Below, piece after piece: positions 7,852 through 17,946 of a stretch of 64,000 nucleotides of DNA. Within the stretch, counting starts at the first letter, position 1. Each line of letters begins with the position of its first letter. Below the pieces are notes generated by a model. The model was given only the letters and a program-made list of their open reading frames with translations, made no database searches and was not told the DNA's origin. This DNA comes from a virus. Its lineage: Duplodnaviria; Caudoviricetes. Made by a program: the position numbers and the translations under genes. The stretch is from IMG/VR virus record IMGVR_UViG_3300037189_030782. One strand, written 5' to 3'.

Positions 7852-8586
7852 CTATTGAACTCTAGAAAAGATCAAATCTGCTGCGATTCGCCTAAAGCTT
7901 ACCATATACTTGTCGCCGTTTGTCAAGAATATGTTCAAAAGTGTTACTTTATCATAAGCTGGACTTAACACGACCTCATCGTTGGGAATCAATGTCATGC
8001 CAGGAAAAGGCACCGCTGAGGTCTTTGCAGCGTCATTTTGAAAATAAACGAATGGTACGTAATCGCTGCCCAGCATAGATTGCATTTCCGCTGGCACTAT
8101 GATTTCGTTGGTAGCCACACTTGTAACATTACCGTAAAGGATAATCTCGACGTTAAGTGCACCCGTGGCATTAGTGATTGCACCTAGGCTAATCCTAGTG
8201 CTATTAATGAATGAAGTCAGGTTAACATTGCCATCTATGCTGTCAAAAGCTTTGATGTAATCTGACAGATCAGTGAATGTGTCTGTTAGGCAGTCGTACG
8301 CTTTGTAGTAGCCGTTGCCGGTGTTGGGGCAGTCCATCTGGTACCACATAGTACCTGGGCGATATTGGCTTGGCTGGTCACAACTGCTTTGGTTAGACAG
8401 CAGACCAATAAGATACATGCGCATCCAGTCATACCGCGCTTGCGTGTTTGGCGATGGATATGTATCATGCTGTTGCTGCGTCAGCCCAACGTCGTTCGTG
8501 AAATCTATGGCGGATGTGCTGAATCGTATTCTATTGTCGAATGCACTTGCTCCACCAGTGGTGCCATTATTAGGGGTACAGCTCAT
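7852..8586 (-). CDS. Putative virion structural protein
   Basis: GAGGA SD before MSCTP; Thr/Asn/Gly-rich; co-oriented with the tail-type gene. Confidence 0.5.
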   Translation of the reverse strand: MSCTPNNGTTGGASAFDNRIRFSTSAIDFTNDVGLTQQQHDTYPSPNTQARYDWMRMYLIGLLSNQSSCDQPSQYRPGTMWYQMDCPNTGNGYYKAYDCLTDTFTDLSDYIKAFDSIDGNVNLTSFINSTRISLGAITNATGALNVEIILYGNVTSVATNEIIVPAEMQSMLGSDYVPFVYFQNDAAKTSAVPFPGMTLIPNDEVVLSPAYDKVTLLNIFLTNGDKYMVSFRRIAADLIFSRVQ

Positions 8587-8587
8587 T

Positions 8588-8791
8588 TCATTCCTCAATC
8601 GAATTAGCTATTGTGTTGACCCATTCTGAATGTGTCTTGCATTGGCATAATTTGCCTTTGATATGGTTAGCGTGACATGGGCATGTCTGATGGCAATCGC
8701 AGCCATAAGCATGCTGTATATTAGTTCGACTATATTGGGATCCTTGGCTTGCATCGCCAAGGGCCTCATTTGTTTGGTGTAATTGAGTCAT
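8588..8791 (-). CDS. Small Cys/His-rich protein (metal-binding?)
   Basis: CDCHQTCPCHANH...CQCKTH; tightly packed upstream of 7852-8586. Confidence 0.4.
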   Translation of the reverse strand: MTQLHQTNEALGDASQGSQYSRTNIQHAYGCDCHQTCPCHANHIKGKLCQCKTHSEWVNTIANSIEE

Positions 8792-8881
8792 ATAATATAT
8801 TTATCAAATGGGATTTTTCATTATACATATTCTTGCCACGCTTGAATCAGAGTAATATCACAGCGAAAGCGCGAGGGTGAT

Positions 8882-9655
8882 GTGACGTTAGAGAATCCAG
8901 CTGAGTTAAGCCAAAATCGAACGCCCACCGGCATTGCGCTTCGGAAACTAGCGCAAGGCATCCATCCTGCATTGAATATTTGGTTTCACAAGACTCTACA
9001 AATGCATGTAGTGGGGTTCATGGGCATATTGACCGAGCTTGATTTTGCCAATTTAATGACTATTCAGGTCGATTTGTCAGATAGTAATTGGGCTTCGGTG
9101 ATTGTAGGCGATGACGGTGAACTGACTTTATCGATGAGACAATATTGTGATAAAGTGGGTCAGTTGCATGATGATTTGGTGGCTGGTTTACATGTTTTAT
9201 ACGAAGATTGCAAGTTGTATCCTCAAGCCTTGAAGTTACAAGTATATCCTGCGCCATTGAAGGATCGCAGCGTCGCAGAATATGCTGCTTTGCGAACTGC
9301 GATGAGTTATATTAATTCATCACACACGGAGACAGATGCTCTGCCAGAAGATTTAGCATCTTTCGCAGCTGTAATGGTTTCCTCACGTTTATTCGGTTCG
9401 TTCTATGGTGTCGCTGCTTTAAAGGACGTGGCAGTGCCTAGTGGCACTAAGATTTTTAGCCGACAGCTATTCTTAGAATGGGCCGCAGACGTGAAGAAGA
9501 GACAGGCCCTTAAGACCTCTTTGCACCGAGAACGTGTCAATATTATAAAACGTCATGTTATGAAGATGACAGAAGATGATTGGGACACATTATTGAATGA
9601 AAGACCAGAATTTGCACATAAATTTATCAAGCGGTTGGAATTATATAATAAGTAA
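8882..9655 (+). CDS. Hypothetical protein
   Basis: 257-aa ORF with GAGG SD; fills the gap. Confidence 0.65.
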   Translation: MTLENPAELSQNRTPTGIALRKLAQGIHPALNIWFHKTLQMHVVGFMGILTELDFANLMTIQVDLSDSNWASVIVGDDGELTLSMRQYCDKVGQLHDDLVAGLHVLYEDCKLYPQALKLQVYPAPLKDRSVAEYAALRTAMSYINSSHTETDALPEDLASFAAVMVSSRLFGSFYGVAALKDVAVPSGTKIFSRQLFLEWAADVKKRQALKTSLHRERVNIIKRHVMKMTEDDWDTLLNERPEFAHKFIKRLELYNK

Positions 9656-9673
9656 TATAACAGGGAGTGAGCA

Positions 9674-10051
9674 ATGGCTGAGTGTGATGATCTGCTGGCG
9701 GAGCACAATCTACGTCGCAAGCAAGCGGAATTGCCGCCGTTGGTGTTTAACACTAATCTTATGGCTGCAGCTAAGTGGCATGCTGACTACATGTATAAAA
9801 ATCGTAGTATGACGCATGTGGAAGGCTACCTATGGAATAAAGATCGTACGGTAGCTAATCGCGCTAAGAATAATGGATATATGTTTACACATATAGGTGA
9901 GAATATAGCTAGGGGTCAGCAAACGGTAAATGAAGTAATGCAGACATGGTGGAATAGTGCGCCACATAAAAACAATATTCTTGGAAGTTATGTCCACATA
10001 GGGGTGGCACGCACTGGCGATTATTGGTGTGTGGTATTCGGAAAGTCATAG
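9674..10051 (+). CDS. CAP/SCP (YkwD-like) domain protein
   Basis: HNLRR...LPPL...AAAKWHADYM, GENIARGQ, WWNSAPHKNNIL, IGVA. Confidence 0.9.
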   Translation: MAECDDLLAEHNLRRKQAELPPLVFNTNLMAAAKWHADYMYKNRSMTHVEGYLWNKDRTVANRAKNNGYMFTHIGENIARGQQTVNEVMQTWWNSAPHKNNILGSYVHIGVARTGDYWCVVFGKS

Positions 10052-10461
10052 CCGAATGCTTTGATAAGGTTAAGTGGACTTAATATATTGTGGGTGCTTG
10101 CGAAATATTCTGCGAGCATTATAAATTCTTGATAGCAGTTAGTAAACGTACCTATTAATCGACGATATTCTATGGTAACGTCATTCCATTCTTTAAATAG
10201 GTGATTATTTAAATATATGATAATTTTTAAATGATGGCTTCCATCGACATCGGAATAATCGTTCAATGATGTGATTTCAAGATGGTCGTCGTCAATGTCA
10301 TTAGCGTTATAAATTCCGCTAAGTACTTTTAGTACGCTTGGTTCGCAATGAAAGCTAAAAATCAATGAGATTTCGCTATAATTTGAAGCGATTGCCCAAA
10401 TTGTCTCGTGTGTTACTGAGTAGGGTTCAATCTTCAGTGGCGGTTTTGCTTTCGATAGCAT
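10021..10461 (-). CDS. Hypothetical protein
   Basis: 146-aa ORF overlapping the end of the Mre11-like gene. Confidence 0.5.
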   Translation of the reverse strand: MLSKAKPPLKIEPYSVTHETIWAIASNYSEISLIFSFHCEPSVLKVLSGIYNANDIDDDHLEITSLNDYSDVDGSHHLKIIIYLNNHLFKEWNDVTIEYRRLIGTFTNCYQEFIMLAEYFASTHNILSPLNLIKAFGYDFPNTTHQ

Positions 10462-11527
10462 ATTCTCTGTCTCCTTCAGCGGTGATTTCTTTGTTCAACT
10501 GAAGCAAAATACTCTTATCTAAGCCTTCAGCGTTCTTGACGTCGATATCGAGCCATGATCTAAAGACGTCTTGCCGATCTAAGCTGGCGTTTGAGATCTG
10601 TTGCGGTGTTTCGAATTTCTCGACCATATCCATCCACTTAACATTATTGGCTCCTTGCCGTTCTAGTAATGTCTTCACTTCTTCTTTTTCACTAGTACTC
10701 ATCTCCTTGTCCATAATAACTTTGATGTTATTGCCACGGACTTCTTCGATGTTTAAACTTTCTAGTTGTTCGACAGAGATTGTCATGAACTGTGGTGGGA
10801 TGTCTTGTTGGCCTTTGCTTCTACCGTATTCGAACACATCTATGAATCGTTGATCCAATGTCTCTAAGTCTAGCTCGATGAATCCATGCGGGACTGAGCC
10901 TTCATCGAATTTAAACGGTATTAAACTGCCTGGGTACCATGTTTTAGCGCCGACTTGCTGGTAACAGTGAAAATGACCTGTGTAGCATCTTTTGAACTTG
11001 GTTTTATTAAGATTTATTTCGCTCCATTCTTTAAGGAGAAAGCAACTGTTTAAGATGGCAGAGGTTGTGCCTATATGTGTCAATAGGATGTCGTCTTCTG
11101 ACGACTTTCTTTCGATAGCGCGTAATACGTTGATATAGGCGTGTTCGTATGTTATGAATGGCACGATTGCAAATCGTTGATTGTTTATTTGTAGGTGTTT
11201 AACGTTGTCTACGTATGTGATTAATTTGTCCAATATTAGTGGGCTGCATATATCCCAGCTGTGGCGTAGGTACATGTCGTGGTTTCCAGGGAATGTGATC
11301 CACGTTTGATTAAATTGGTGTTTTGTGTCGTTGAAGAACTTATATGATTCAGCTAAGACATCGATGTCTAGTGTTTTACGATCGTGGAACATGTCTCCTA
11401 GGACTAAGACAGTGTGTATTTCGTGTTCCCGTGCATATTGCCTTAGATTTTGGCAGGCCCAGATTATATCTTTCGTTCTGCCAGAGACGCCAAAGTGTAA
11501 ATCGGCAGTTATTAATATTTTAGACAC
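10427..11527 (-). CDS. Mre11/SbcD/T4 gp47-like nuclease
   Basis: ADLHFG, LGDMFHDR, GNHD, LTH and GHFH phosphoesterase motifs, then YPGSLIPFKFDEG; start GTG 11527 (or ATG 11563). Confidence 0.9.
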   Translation of the reverse strand: MSKILITADLHFGVSGRTKDIIWACQNLRQYAREHEIHTVLVLGDMFHDRKTLDIDVLAESYKFFNDTKHQFNQTWITFPGNHDMYLRHSWDICSPLILDKLITYVDNVKHLQINNQRFAIVPFITYEHAYINVLRAIERKSSEDDILLTHIGTTSAILNSCFLLKEWSEINLNKTKFKRCYTGHFHCYQQVGAKTWYPGSLIPFKFDEGSVPHGFIELDLETLDQRFIDVFEYGRSKGQQDIPPQFMTISVEQLESLNIEEVRGNNIKVIMDKEMSTSEKEEVKTLLERQGANNVKWMDMVEKFETPQQISNASLDRQDVFRSWLDIDVKNAEGLDKSILLQLNKEITAEGDREYAIESKTATED

Positions 11528-11552
11528 TGTATTGGCTCTTTTGGAGGGCTTT

Positions 11553-13283
11553 ATGTACGACATTGATGCAATACGTTCGCATTTTCCGATGGATGGTTTT
11601 AGGGATGGCCAAGAGGCTGCGATTAAATTCGTTCTTAAGCAATTTAATAACGGTAAAAAATTCGTTATTGTGGAGGCGCCTACTGGATCAGGCAAAACCG
11701 CTATCGGAATGACTGTCTGTGGTTATAATAGCAGCAATTATTATTTAACTAGCAGTAAGATATTACAAGATCAAATTTATGGCGATTTTAGTGATAAGTT
11801 AGTGACACTCAAGGGCCGAAATGCTTACGAATGCACATATTTAAAGAGAATAGACAACACACACAAGGGTAAACTAATCGAATTAACACTCCGTGGAGAT
11901 GATCATCGAGGAAGTTACCGATCATGCAGTGAAGGACTGTGTAGATCAGGAGCCAAGTCTATAATAGGTGCTGACAATGGGCGTTGCACTTCATGCTTCC
12001 CAAAGCTTAACGTTTTTAATTATGAGGGCTCAGCCACTAACATAGGCACCAATAAGTATAGTTCATGTGAATATTATGAAGCCATTGGGCAGGCAATGAG
12101 TAGCAACATTGTCACGATGAATTTCTCTAGCTTCTTGACACAATTGAACTATACTAAGAATCGCTTTAATTCACGAGACATGTTAGTAATTGACGAAGGC
12201 CATAATTTAGAGAAGGAATTACTGGATTTTGTCAATTTGAATATCGATCAGGGTTTTATGGATCAGCATTTGCAGTCAATCCCAATTTGCGACACTGTGC
12301 AGGATTATCTCGACTTTTTCAATGACAATGATGTTTTGGACCAAATAGAGCGTGCCATTAAAAACGCTCAGGACGATTCAGACTCGGATTTAGAAGATGA
12401 ACTCATTAGGCTATCTCGAAAATTAGAATATTTTAAAACAGCAGCTGTTGGGCGCGCTGATGAGTGGGTAGTTGAGCATAAGATAGATCAAAGAGGTATT
12501 AATAGCATAAGTTTCAAGCCAATTTATGTGAGGGATCAAGCCCATGCTTTGGTATTTGGCCATGCTGAGCGAGTACTAATAATGAGTGCCACCATTTTAG
12601 ATGTCGATGTCTTATGTGATAGTCTTGGTATCGATAAAGAAGATTGTGCTGCCTATCGGATGCGGAATCGTTTTCCCAAAGAGAACAGACCTATCATTTA
12701 CGATCCAGTCGATAAATTTGTCGGTGGTAAGGCGCAGGCGCAAACATGGTTACCGAAAATGGCAAAAAGAATAAATCAGCTGATGGATAAGCATAAAAAT
12801 GAGAGGGGTATAATTCACACTCACAATTTTATGATCATGGATTACTTAATGAATAATGTATCGGAGAGTAATAGATGCAGGCTTATCAATCAGAAAGAGT
12901 ATAGAAGTAAAAATCATATGCTTGATGCGTTAGCGGTCAGTAGTAATGGTGTATTAATAGCTCCGGCTATGCATGAGGGTCTTAATCTTAAGGATGATTT
13001 GAGCCGATTTCAGGTAATATGTAAGATGCCATACCCCAATTTCTATGATGATCAGCAGTTAAATCGGCGGGTCGAAATTGATAAGAAATATTTAAATTGG
13101 CTTACGGCATTGAAATTGGTGCAAAGTGTGGGAAGGAGTGTTAGGAGCGCCGAAGACTATGCTATTACTTACATTATTGACGGTAGCTTTGAGGGTTTTC
13201 TAAGTCGTGGCAAGTCGATGTTACCAAGCTGGTTTTTGGAAGCAGTTACAAAGCCTGAAGTATCGATTAAAGGAAAACCATGA
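11553..13283 (+). CDS. DinG/XPD-family SF2 helicase with FeS-type cysteines
   Basis: EAPTGSGKT, KGRNAYEC, CEYY, DEGHN, MSAT, QSVGRSVRSAEDY; GGAGG SD before ATG 11553. Confidence 0.9.
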   Translation: MYDIDAIRSHFPMDGFRDGQEAAIKFVLKQFNNGKKFVIVEAPTGSGKTAIGMTVCGYNSSNYYLTSSKILQDQIYGDFSDKLVTLKGRNAYECTYLKRIDNTHKGKLIELTLRGDDHRGSYRSCSEGLCRSGAKSIIGADNGRCTSCFPKLNVFNYEGSATNIGTNKYSSCEYYEAIGQAMSSNIVTMNFSSFLTQLNYTKNRFNSRDMLVIDEGHNLEKELLDFVNLNIDQGFMDQHLQSIPICDTVQDYLDFFNDNDVLDQIERAIKNAQDDSDSDLEDELIRLSRKLEYFKTAAVGRADEWVVEHKIDQRGINSISFKPIYVRDQAHALVFGHAERVLIMSATILDVDVLCDSLGIDKEDCAAYRMRNRFPKENRPIIYDPVDKFVGGKAQAQTWLPKMAKRINQLMDKHKNERGIIHTHNFMIMDYLMNNVSESNRCRLINQKEYRSKNHMLDALAVSSNGVLIAPAMHEGLNLKDDLSRFQVICKMPYPNFYDDQQLNRRVEIDKKYLNWLTALKLVQSVGRSVRSAEDYAITYIIDGSFEGFLSRGKSMLPSWFLEAVTKPEVSIKGKP

Positions 13284-15067
13284 TAGAATTAAGACGAGTT
13301 AGCTGGAAGAATTTCTTATCATATGGTGATTATGTTTCAACCATTGATCTAGAGCATCTCGGTCAAGTGAGCATCACTGGTGAGATAGATGAAGAACCAT
13401 CGAAGAGTAATGGAGCGGGTAAAAGCACCATAGCCAATGCCATTCAATGGTGTCTGTTTGGTCGCACCATGCATAGCGCACGGCCAGGCAACAATGTTAT
13501 AAATCATTATACCAATAAAGACTGCTATGTGAAGCTAGAATTTAAATCTGGCGATCAGGTAATACGCACAAGAGCAGTCAATGGCCACGATGAGTTAATT
13601 TATGTAAAAGATGGGCTTGAAAATAAGCTTAGTGCCACTACAGCTAGCACAAATTCAAACATGCAGGAGCAGCTCAATAAGCTATTTAACTTAGATTATG
13701 AGTTATTTATATATGGTGTCTTTTTTAATCAATATGGTAAATCATGGGCTGAGCAAACTGAAGCTGTAAGAAGGAAGATTCTAGAAAGATTGATGAGGGT
13801 AGATCGGTATTCGTATTATGCAAGAGCTGCAAAAGCGAAAGCTGATTCGATCGATAGGGATGCTACTATAACAGGCAATGCGGTTACTAATGTCGAGAAC
13901 ACAGTCAAGGTATTAGCTGAGTCTGCAGCTAGCGAATTGGAAAGTAGTGCCACCTTTGAGCAGACCACAGCTGCTACAATTAGTATGCACATGGAGTCTA
14001 TAGCATCCTTCAAAGCTGATCATGATGCTATACCGTCACTGAGTGAAGAAGAGCTATCAGTAAAATGGGCTTTATGTGAATCGATAAGCCAATCAATCGC
14101 TAAGAATGAAATGGACTTGGCGGCTGCGACTGCTGAAAAGTATAAGTTAAATGCTATGGCAGATAATCTAAAATCGCAGGTGCAAGATTGGGAAGCTAAG
14201 AAAGGAACGACTTGCAGTAATTGCAAACAGACTGTAGCTAAAGGGCATGTGGATGGAAACATAGAGAGTCTAAAGCAAAAGCAAGCCATTTATAAAAAGA
14301 AAATCGAAGATAATAACATTGTGATTGGTGAATTTGAAAGCGCTCTTAGAACAAATAAGGAAGCGTTGCAACGTCATAAGCCGGAGTATAGCGCAGAGCA
14401 GATTAGGAGATTTAAGGCGCAGAAAGCAAAGCATGTGGAGACCATTAAGGGTTTAATAGCCAAAGTGAAAGCATTGAGAGCGGCCACGAACCCGTATCAT
14501 AAACGTTATGACGATCTAATCACCAAATTTGGAGAGGCCCAAGTGCTGTTGGACAAGCATAAGTTAAGCTTGTCCAGGCAACAGCTATTATATAAGCACA
14601 TGATGTATATCTACAAAGCGTACAATGATAAAAACAAGTTAAAAAGTCTGATTTATAAGGAATTCGTACCTGCTTTCAATAATCGACTTAAGAAATACTT
14701 GGAGATTTTGAAAATGGACATTATCATTACGCTAAATGATAATTTGTCGATGAGCTCTAGCTCTTGGGGTTACGATTATATGTCTGGCGGTGAGCGTAAG
14801 AGGGTTGATCTGGCCTTCATGTTCACGCTATATGACATGCACGAATACTTGCATGGCCGTCAATGTAATATCTTGGTGCTTGATGAGGTAGATGGTAGAT
14901 TAGATGACGAAGGAGTAGAATCTTTTATCAGTATTATCAAGAATGAGATAGCTCCCAGAGTAGAGACCATATTTGTGATCAGTCATAGACCAGAAATGCA
15001 TGATGTATTCGAGAGAGAAATAAAGGTGATTAGGAAAGGAAGATTTAGCGTCCTTGAGTCCAGGTAG
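13280..15067 (+). CDS. Rad50/SbcC/T4 gp46-like ABC ATPase
   Basis: NGAGKST Walker A, coiled coil with a CSNC hook, MSGGE signature, LDEVDGRLD Walker B, ISH. Confidence 0.92.
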   Translation: MIELRRVSWKNFLSYGDYVSTIDLEHLGQVSITGEIDEEPSKSNGAGKSTIANAIQWCLFGRTMHSARPGNNVINHYTNKDCYVKLEFKSGDQVIRTRAVNGHDELIYVKDGLENKLSATTASTNSNMQEQLNKLFNLDYELFIYGVFFNQYGKSWAEQTEAVRRKILERLMRVDRYSYYARAAKAKADSIDRDATITGNAVTNVENTVKVLAESAASELESSATFEQTTAATISMHMESIASFKADHDAIPSLSEEELSVKWALCESISQSIAKNEMDLAAATAEKYKLNAMADNLKSQVQDWEAKKGTTCSNCKQTVAKGHVDGNIESLKQKQAIYKKKIEDNNIVIGEFESALRTNKEALQRHKPEYSAEQIRRFKAQKAKHVETIKGLIAKVKALRAATNPYHKRYDDLITKFGEAQVLLDKHKLSLSRQQLLYKHMMYIYKAYNDKNKLKSLIYKEFVPAFNNRLKKYLEILKMDIIITLNDNLSMSSSSWGYDYMSGGERKRVDLAFMFTLYDMHEYLHGRQCNILVLDEVDGRLDDEGVESFISIIKNEIAPRVETIFVISHRPEMHDVFEREIKVIRKGRFSVLESR

Positions 15068-15088
15068 TATGGCAGCCAAATATAGAAT

Positions 15089-15637
15089 ATGGATAATTTA
15101 CAGTTATCGACGATTAAGCATGCTGCTAATGCGGATACCGTTAGGAGATTGCTGATAAAGTACTTCATGGAGAAGGGCTTTAGCAATTTTGCGCACGAGC
15201 GCGTTTATCCTGCGTTGTTAAATGATTTGCCTTATGTTATACCTATCCTTGGTAGTAAGGTTGAAATAATACCATATGCTAGAGATATCGACAATGTGCT
15301 GGGTAAGGCGTCGTTAGGGTGGAACTTGTTCGTGCTAGGCGATTTTAGGATGGATTTGGGAACTACGATCCATCGCGATTTGATGGATTTAAGTCGGCAG
15401 ATTCGGAGTGGTACTTTTTCTGTACCAACTAACCCTTCTCAACAATGCTCAAACGCGTGTGTACCTCGTCAGATTATAACATTTATAATTAGAGTGTTGA
15501 GTGAGCATGAAGATGGTTACGTCGATCTGGTGGCTAGCGCACGTGGGCTTAGGATGCCTGGTGAGATAGTGCAGAATAAGAATATCTTAATGGGCCAACC
15601 GCAACAGTACTTTACTAAGAGTGGCTACGGCAATTGA
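15089..15637 (+). CDS. Hypothetical protein
   Basis: 182-aa ORF in the operon. Confidence 0.6.
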   Translation: MDNLQLSTIKHAANADTVRRLLIKYFMEKGFSNFAHERVYPALLNDLPYVIPILGSKVEIIPYARDIDNVLGKASLGWNLFVLGDFRMDLGTTIHRDLMDLSRQIRSGTFSVPTNPSQQCSNACVPRQIITFIIRVLSEHEDGYVDLVASARGLRMPGEIVQNKNILMGQPQQYFTKSGYGN

Positions 15638-15658
15638 TTTAGTGATAGATAATTTGTT

Positions 15659-15955
15659 ATGGATTATCGCACGCTCGATTACTTTGCTGATCATATATCT
15701 GGACATTTGCCTGATAAATGTCGATTGAAGGTTAATTATATATTAGATGTTGGCGATGACCACAATTTATTCATGTATAATGATGGCGCTATTATTGAGA
15801 GTATAAATGATATGTTAATTGTCAAGAATAGGGTCGGCCCCCCGAAGTGCTTTGCGATGGCCGACCCTGACTGTTTTAAGCTGGTGGCTGAGGCGCTAAT
15901 AAGCGCTGGGGACCAAATCGTTAGCCATCGAGACTACTCGGATGGTGTTGATTGA
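15659..15955 (+). CDS. Hypothetical protein
   Basis: 98-aa ORF in the operon. Confidence 0.5.
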   Translation: MDYRTLDYFADHISGHLPDKCRLKVNYILDVGDDHNLFMYNDGAIIESINDMLIVKNRVGPPKCFAMADPDCFKLVAEALISAGDQIVSHRDYSDGVD

Positions 15956-17161
15956 GTCTTTGATCGATTTGCGGTTTCGGTTTAGAAATCGTGCGATGTG
16001 GCCGTTGCAAGGGCGACCTTCACCGAACGTTTCTGCGTATGCGTCGTACACAGGTCCTGTGCAAGCAAGAATATCAAACACATCTCTATCTTGGTCATTT
16101 AGGGCCAAGCGTACCTTTAGGCAACCTTCTTTGATTGCGAGCTCTTCAGTGTGATCGTCGTACCTCATACCGTGTCCTCCTGGTATATTATCAAGTGATG
16201 ATTTTCCGTCCTGCCGCGCACTGCTTGTCGAGTCATCGTTGACTGAGACGAAGGTAGTTTTACGTTCCTTGATTGAGAAACCGACACTATAAGATCCATT
16301 GAAGTAGACCTTATCGTTAGTTAATTTCATAACTATGCCATATGCACTCGCCTCCTTTTGTAAGCTTAGTAAATCTTCTGTTAGTTCAACGGGACTAAGT
16401 AAGCCATCGACTACCACGATTAGGTCTTTGGACTCGTTGTAGAAGATGCTTATTTTTGCTGAATGCTTTGCGAATAAGCCTAAAAATTTAGGCTGGAAAT
16501 GGTCGAAAGCATCTACGTTTGTGAATACTTGCTTTATGGTCTTGGCGGGTTTGTTCTCACGCAAGATCTGTTTTTCGTAGTTCTGAATATAGCTGCTTAC
16601 GAATTTGATTAGTTGCTGTTCGTCATTAAGAATAGCTTCAGCCTGTGCATGTTTTGGTCCTTCAGCTAAGTGTTCTATTATTGGATAACATTGGGGTGTT
16701 GGTTCACCAGCTACAATGTAGTCTGGTAAGTCATCGATATGAATGATTTTTGAGTCATCTTCTATTAAAATTTTGGTGTGCTTGCAGTTTGGACATGGCA
16801 CGTAGGTCGTGCGGTCAAATAATTTAGATATCCCTTCTTTGTTAGTATATTCTGATGACTTGCAGTGACTGCAGTGATAACTATATTGTTTGTGGCAGAG
16901 AAGTTGGACGACGGCGTTCCAGATAGGGATTTGGAATTCAGCCAATGCTGCTTCGATGTCATCTTTGTAGTCTGCTCCGATTGTGTTTCGTAGGGCTCTT
17001 ACGAATGATGATTTAGATGACTGCAGTTTTTCGTGTTTAAATAATCGTGCTACCAATGCGTCGATATTTGCTTTGTCGGTCGGCGACAGGTTCTTCATCG
17101 TGATGTTAGCAATCGAACCTCTTACATAAATCTTCGGCATCTGGCGCACAATGGTCATCAT
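15896..17161 (-). CDS. Divergent sigma-factor-like protein with a Zn-ribbon insertion
   Basis: Region-2-like DIEAALAEFQIPIWNAV; HCSHC and CPNC pairs; region-4-like LNDQDRDVFDIL...GHIARFLNRNRKSIKDSINTIR; AAGGAGG SD. Confidence 0.5.
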   Translation of the reverse strand: MMTIVRQMPKIYVRGSIANITMKNLSPTDKANIDALVARLFKHEKLQSSKSSFVRALRNTIGADYKDDIEAALAEFQIPIWNAVVQLLCHKQYSYHCSHCKSSEYTNKEGISKLFDRTTYVPCPNCKHTKILIEDDSKIIHIDDLPDYIVAGEPTPQCYPIIEHLAEGPKHAQAEAILNDEQQLIKFVSSYIQNYEKQILRENKPAKTIKQVFTNVDAFDHFQPKFLGLFAKHSAKISIFYNESKDLIVVVDGLLSPVELTEDLLSLQKEASAYGIVMKLTNDKVYFNGSYSVGFSIKERKTTFVSVNDDSTSSARQDGKSSLDNIPGGHGMRYDDHTEELAIKEGCLKVRLALNDQDRDVFDILACTGPVYDAYAETFGEGRPCNGHIARFLNRNRKSIKDSINTIRVVSMANDLVPSAY

Positions 17162-17208
17162 ATCCTCCTTGAAAATCTGTGTATTGAAATGTGAAAGGGG
17201 ATCGAAAT

Positions 17209-17946
17209 ATGGCGTATTGCAACTCTGATCTGTTGGAACAGAAATGGTTTACTTGGCTGTTAGCTAGCGCAACACCAGAGCTAGAACCTTTTCGCAATCA
17301 TGGTTTATTGTTTTCAAAACCAGACATCCACGTCCATAAGGATGGAGTGGCATTGTATAAGAACGGGAAGCCATTATTCGATCCATCAAGCCCATTGAAG
17401 CATCATTGCCTACCATTTGAGACTCCGGTATATTTCAGCACATGTGACGGCGAGATTGTTGATTTTTTCATTATACAACACTCAGTCCGGTTTGTCAATA
17501 CAGCTTCGCTAAAAAGCCTGTCAGAGGCATTCCCTATTATAGGTAAGCCATCTGAGAAAATCGTGGCAGAGTTAGAGCAAGAGGAATATATTCAAGAGAT
17601 TCCTGAACAGGAAGCTTGGCATGCTCTACTGTTCGACATAAAACAGATGTGTAGTGGCATAGCGCAAAAATTCAAACCTAATGGCGAGGAAGAGCATTTA
17701 GAATTAATACATGAAGCATTATTGCAGGTTTTACAGAAGCTTAAGAATAAAAAATTGAAATATATGCCTGGTAAGGCACCGGTATTTAACTTATTGACAA
17801 CTACCATATATAGGTGCCTTTACAGTGTGATGAATAAGCGTAAACATATAAAGGAAGGGCAATATAAGCTAGGTGCAGCTATACAAAATGGTAGAGCTCC
17901 CGCAAATTGTCGCAGTTTTAGAATAAATAAGCAAGGGCTAGATTGA
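17209..17946 (+). CDS. T4 gp55-like late-transcription sigma factor
   Basis: AYCNSDLL start; LIHEALLQVLQKL...YMPGK.PVFNLLTTTIYRCLYSVMNKRK echoes the gp55 core; near gp46/47. Confidence 0.6.
   Translation: MAYCNSDLLEQKWFTWLLASATPELEPFRNHGLLFSKPDIHVHKDGVALYKNGKPLFDPSSPLKHHCLPFETPVYFSTCDGEIVDFFIIQHSVRFVNTASLKSLSEAFPIIGKPSEKIVAELEQEEYIQEIPEQEAWHALLFDIKQMCSGIAQKFKPNGEEEHLELIHEALLQVLQKLKNKKLKYMPGKAPVFNLLTTTIYRCLYSVMNKRKHIKEGQYKLGAAIQNGRAPANCRSFRINKQGLD

Noticed and set aside
11325-11695. Long N-terminal extensions of the Mre11-like and DinG ORFs
   Set aside because: They overlap each other antisense; SD-supported starts lie at about 11527 and 11553
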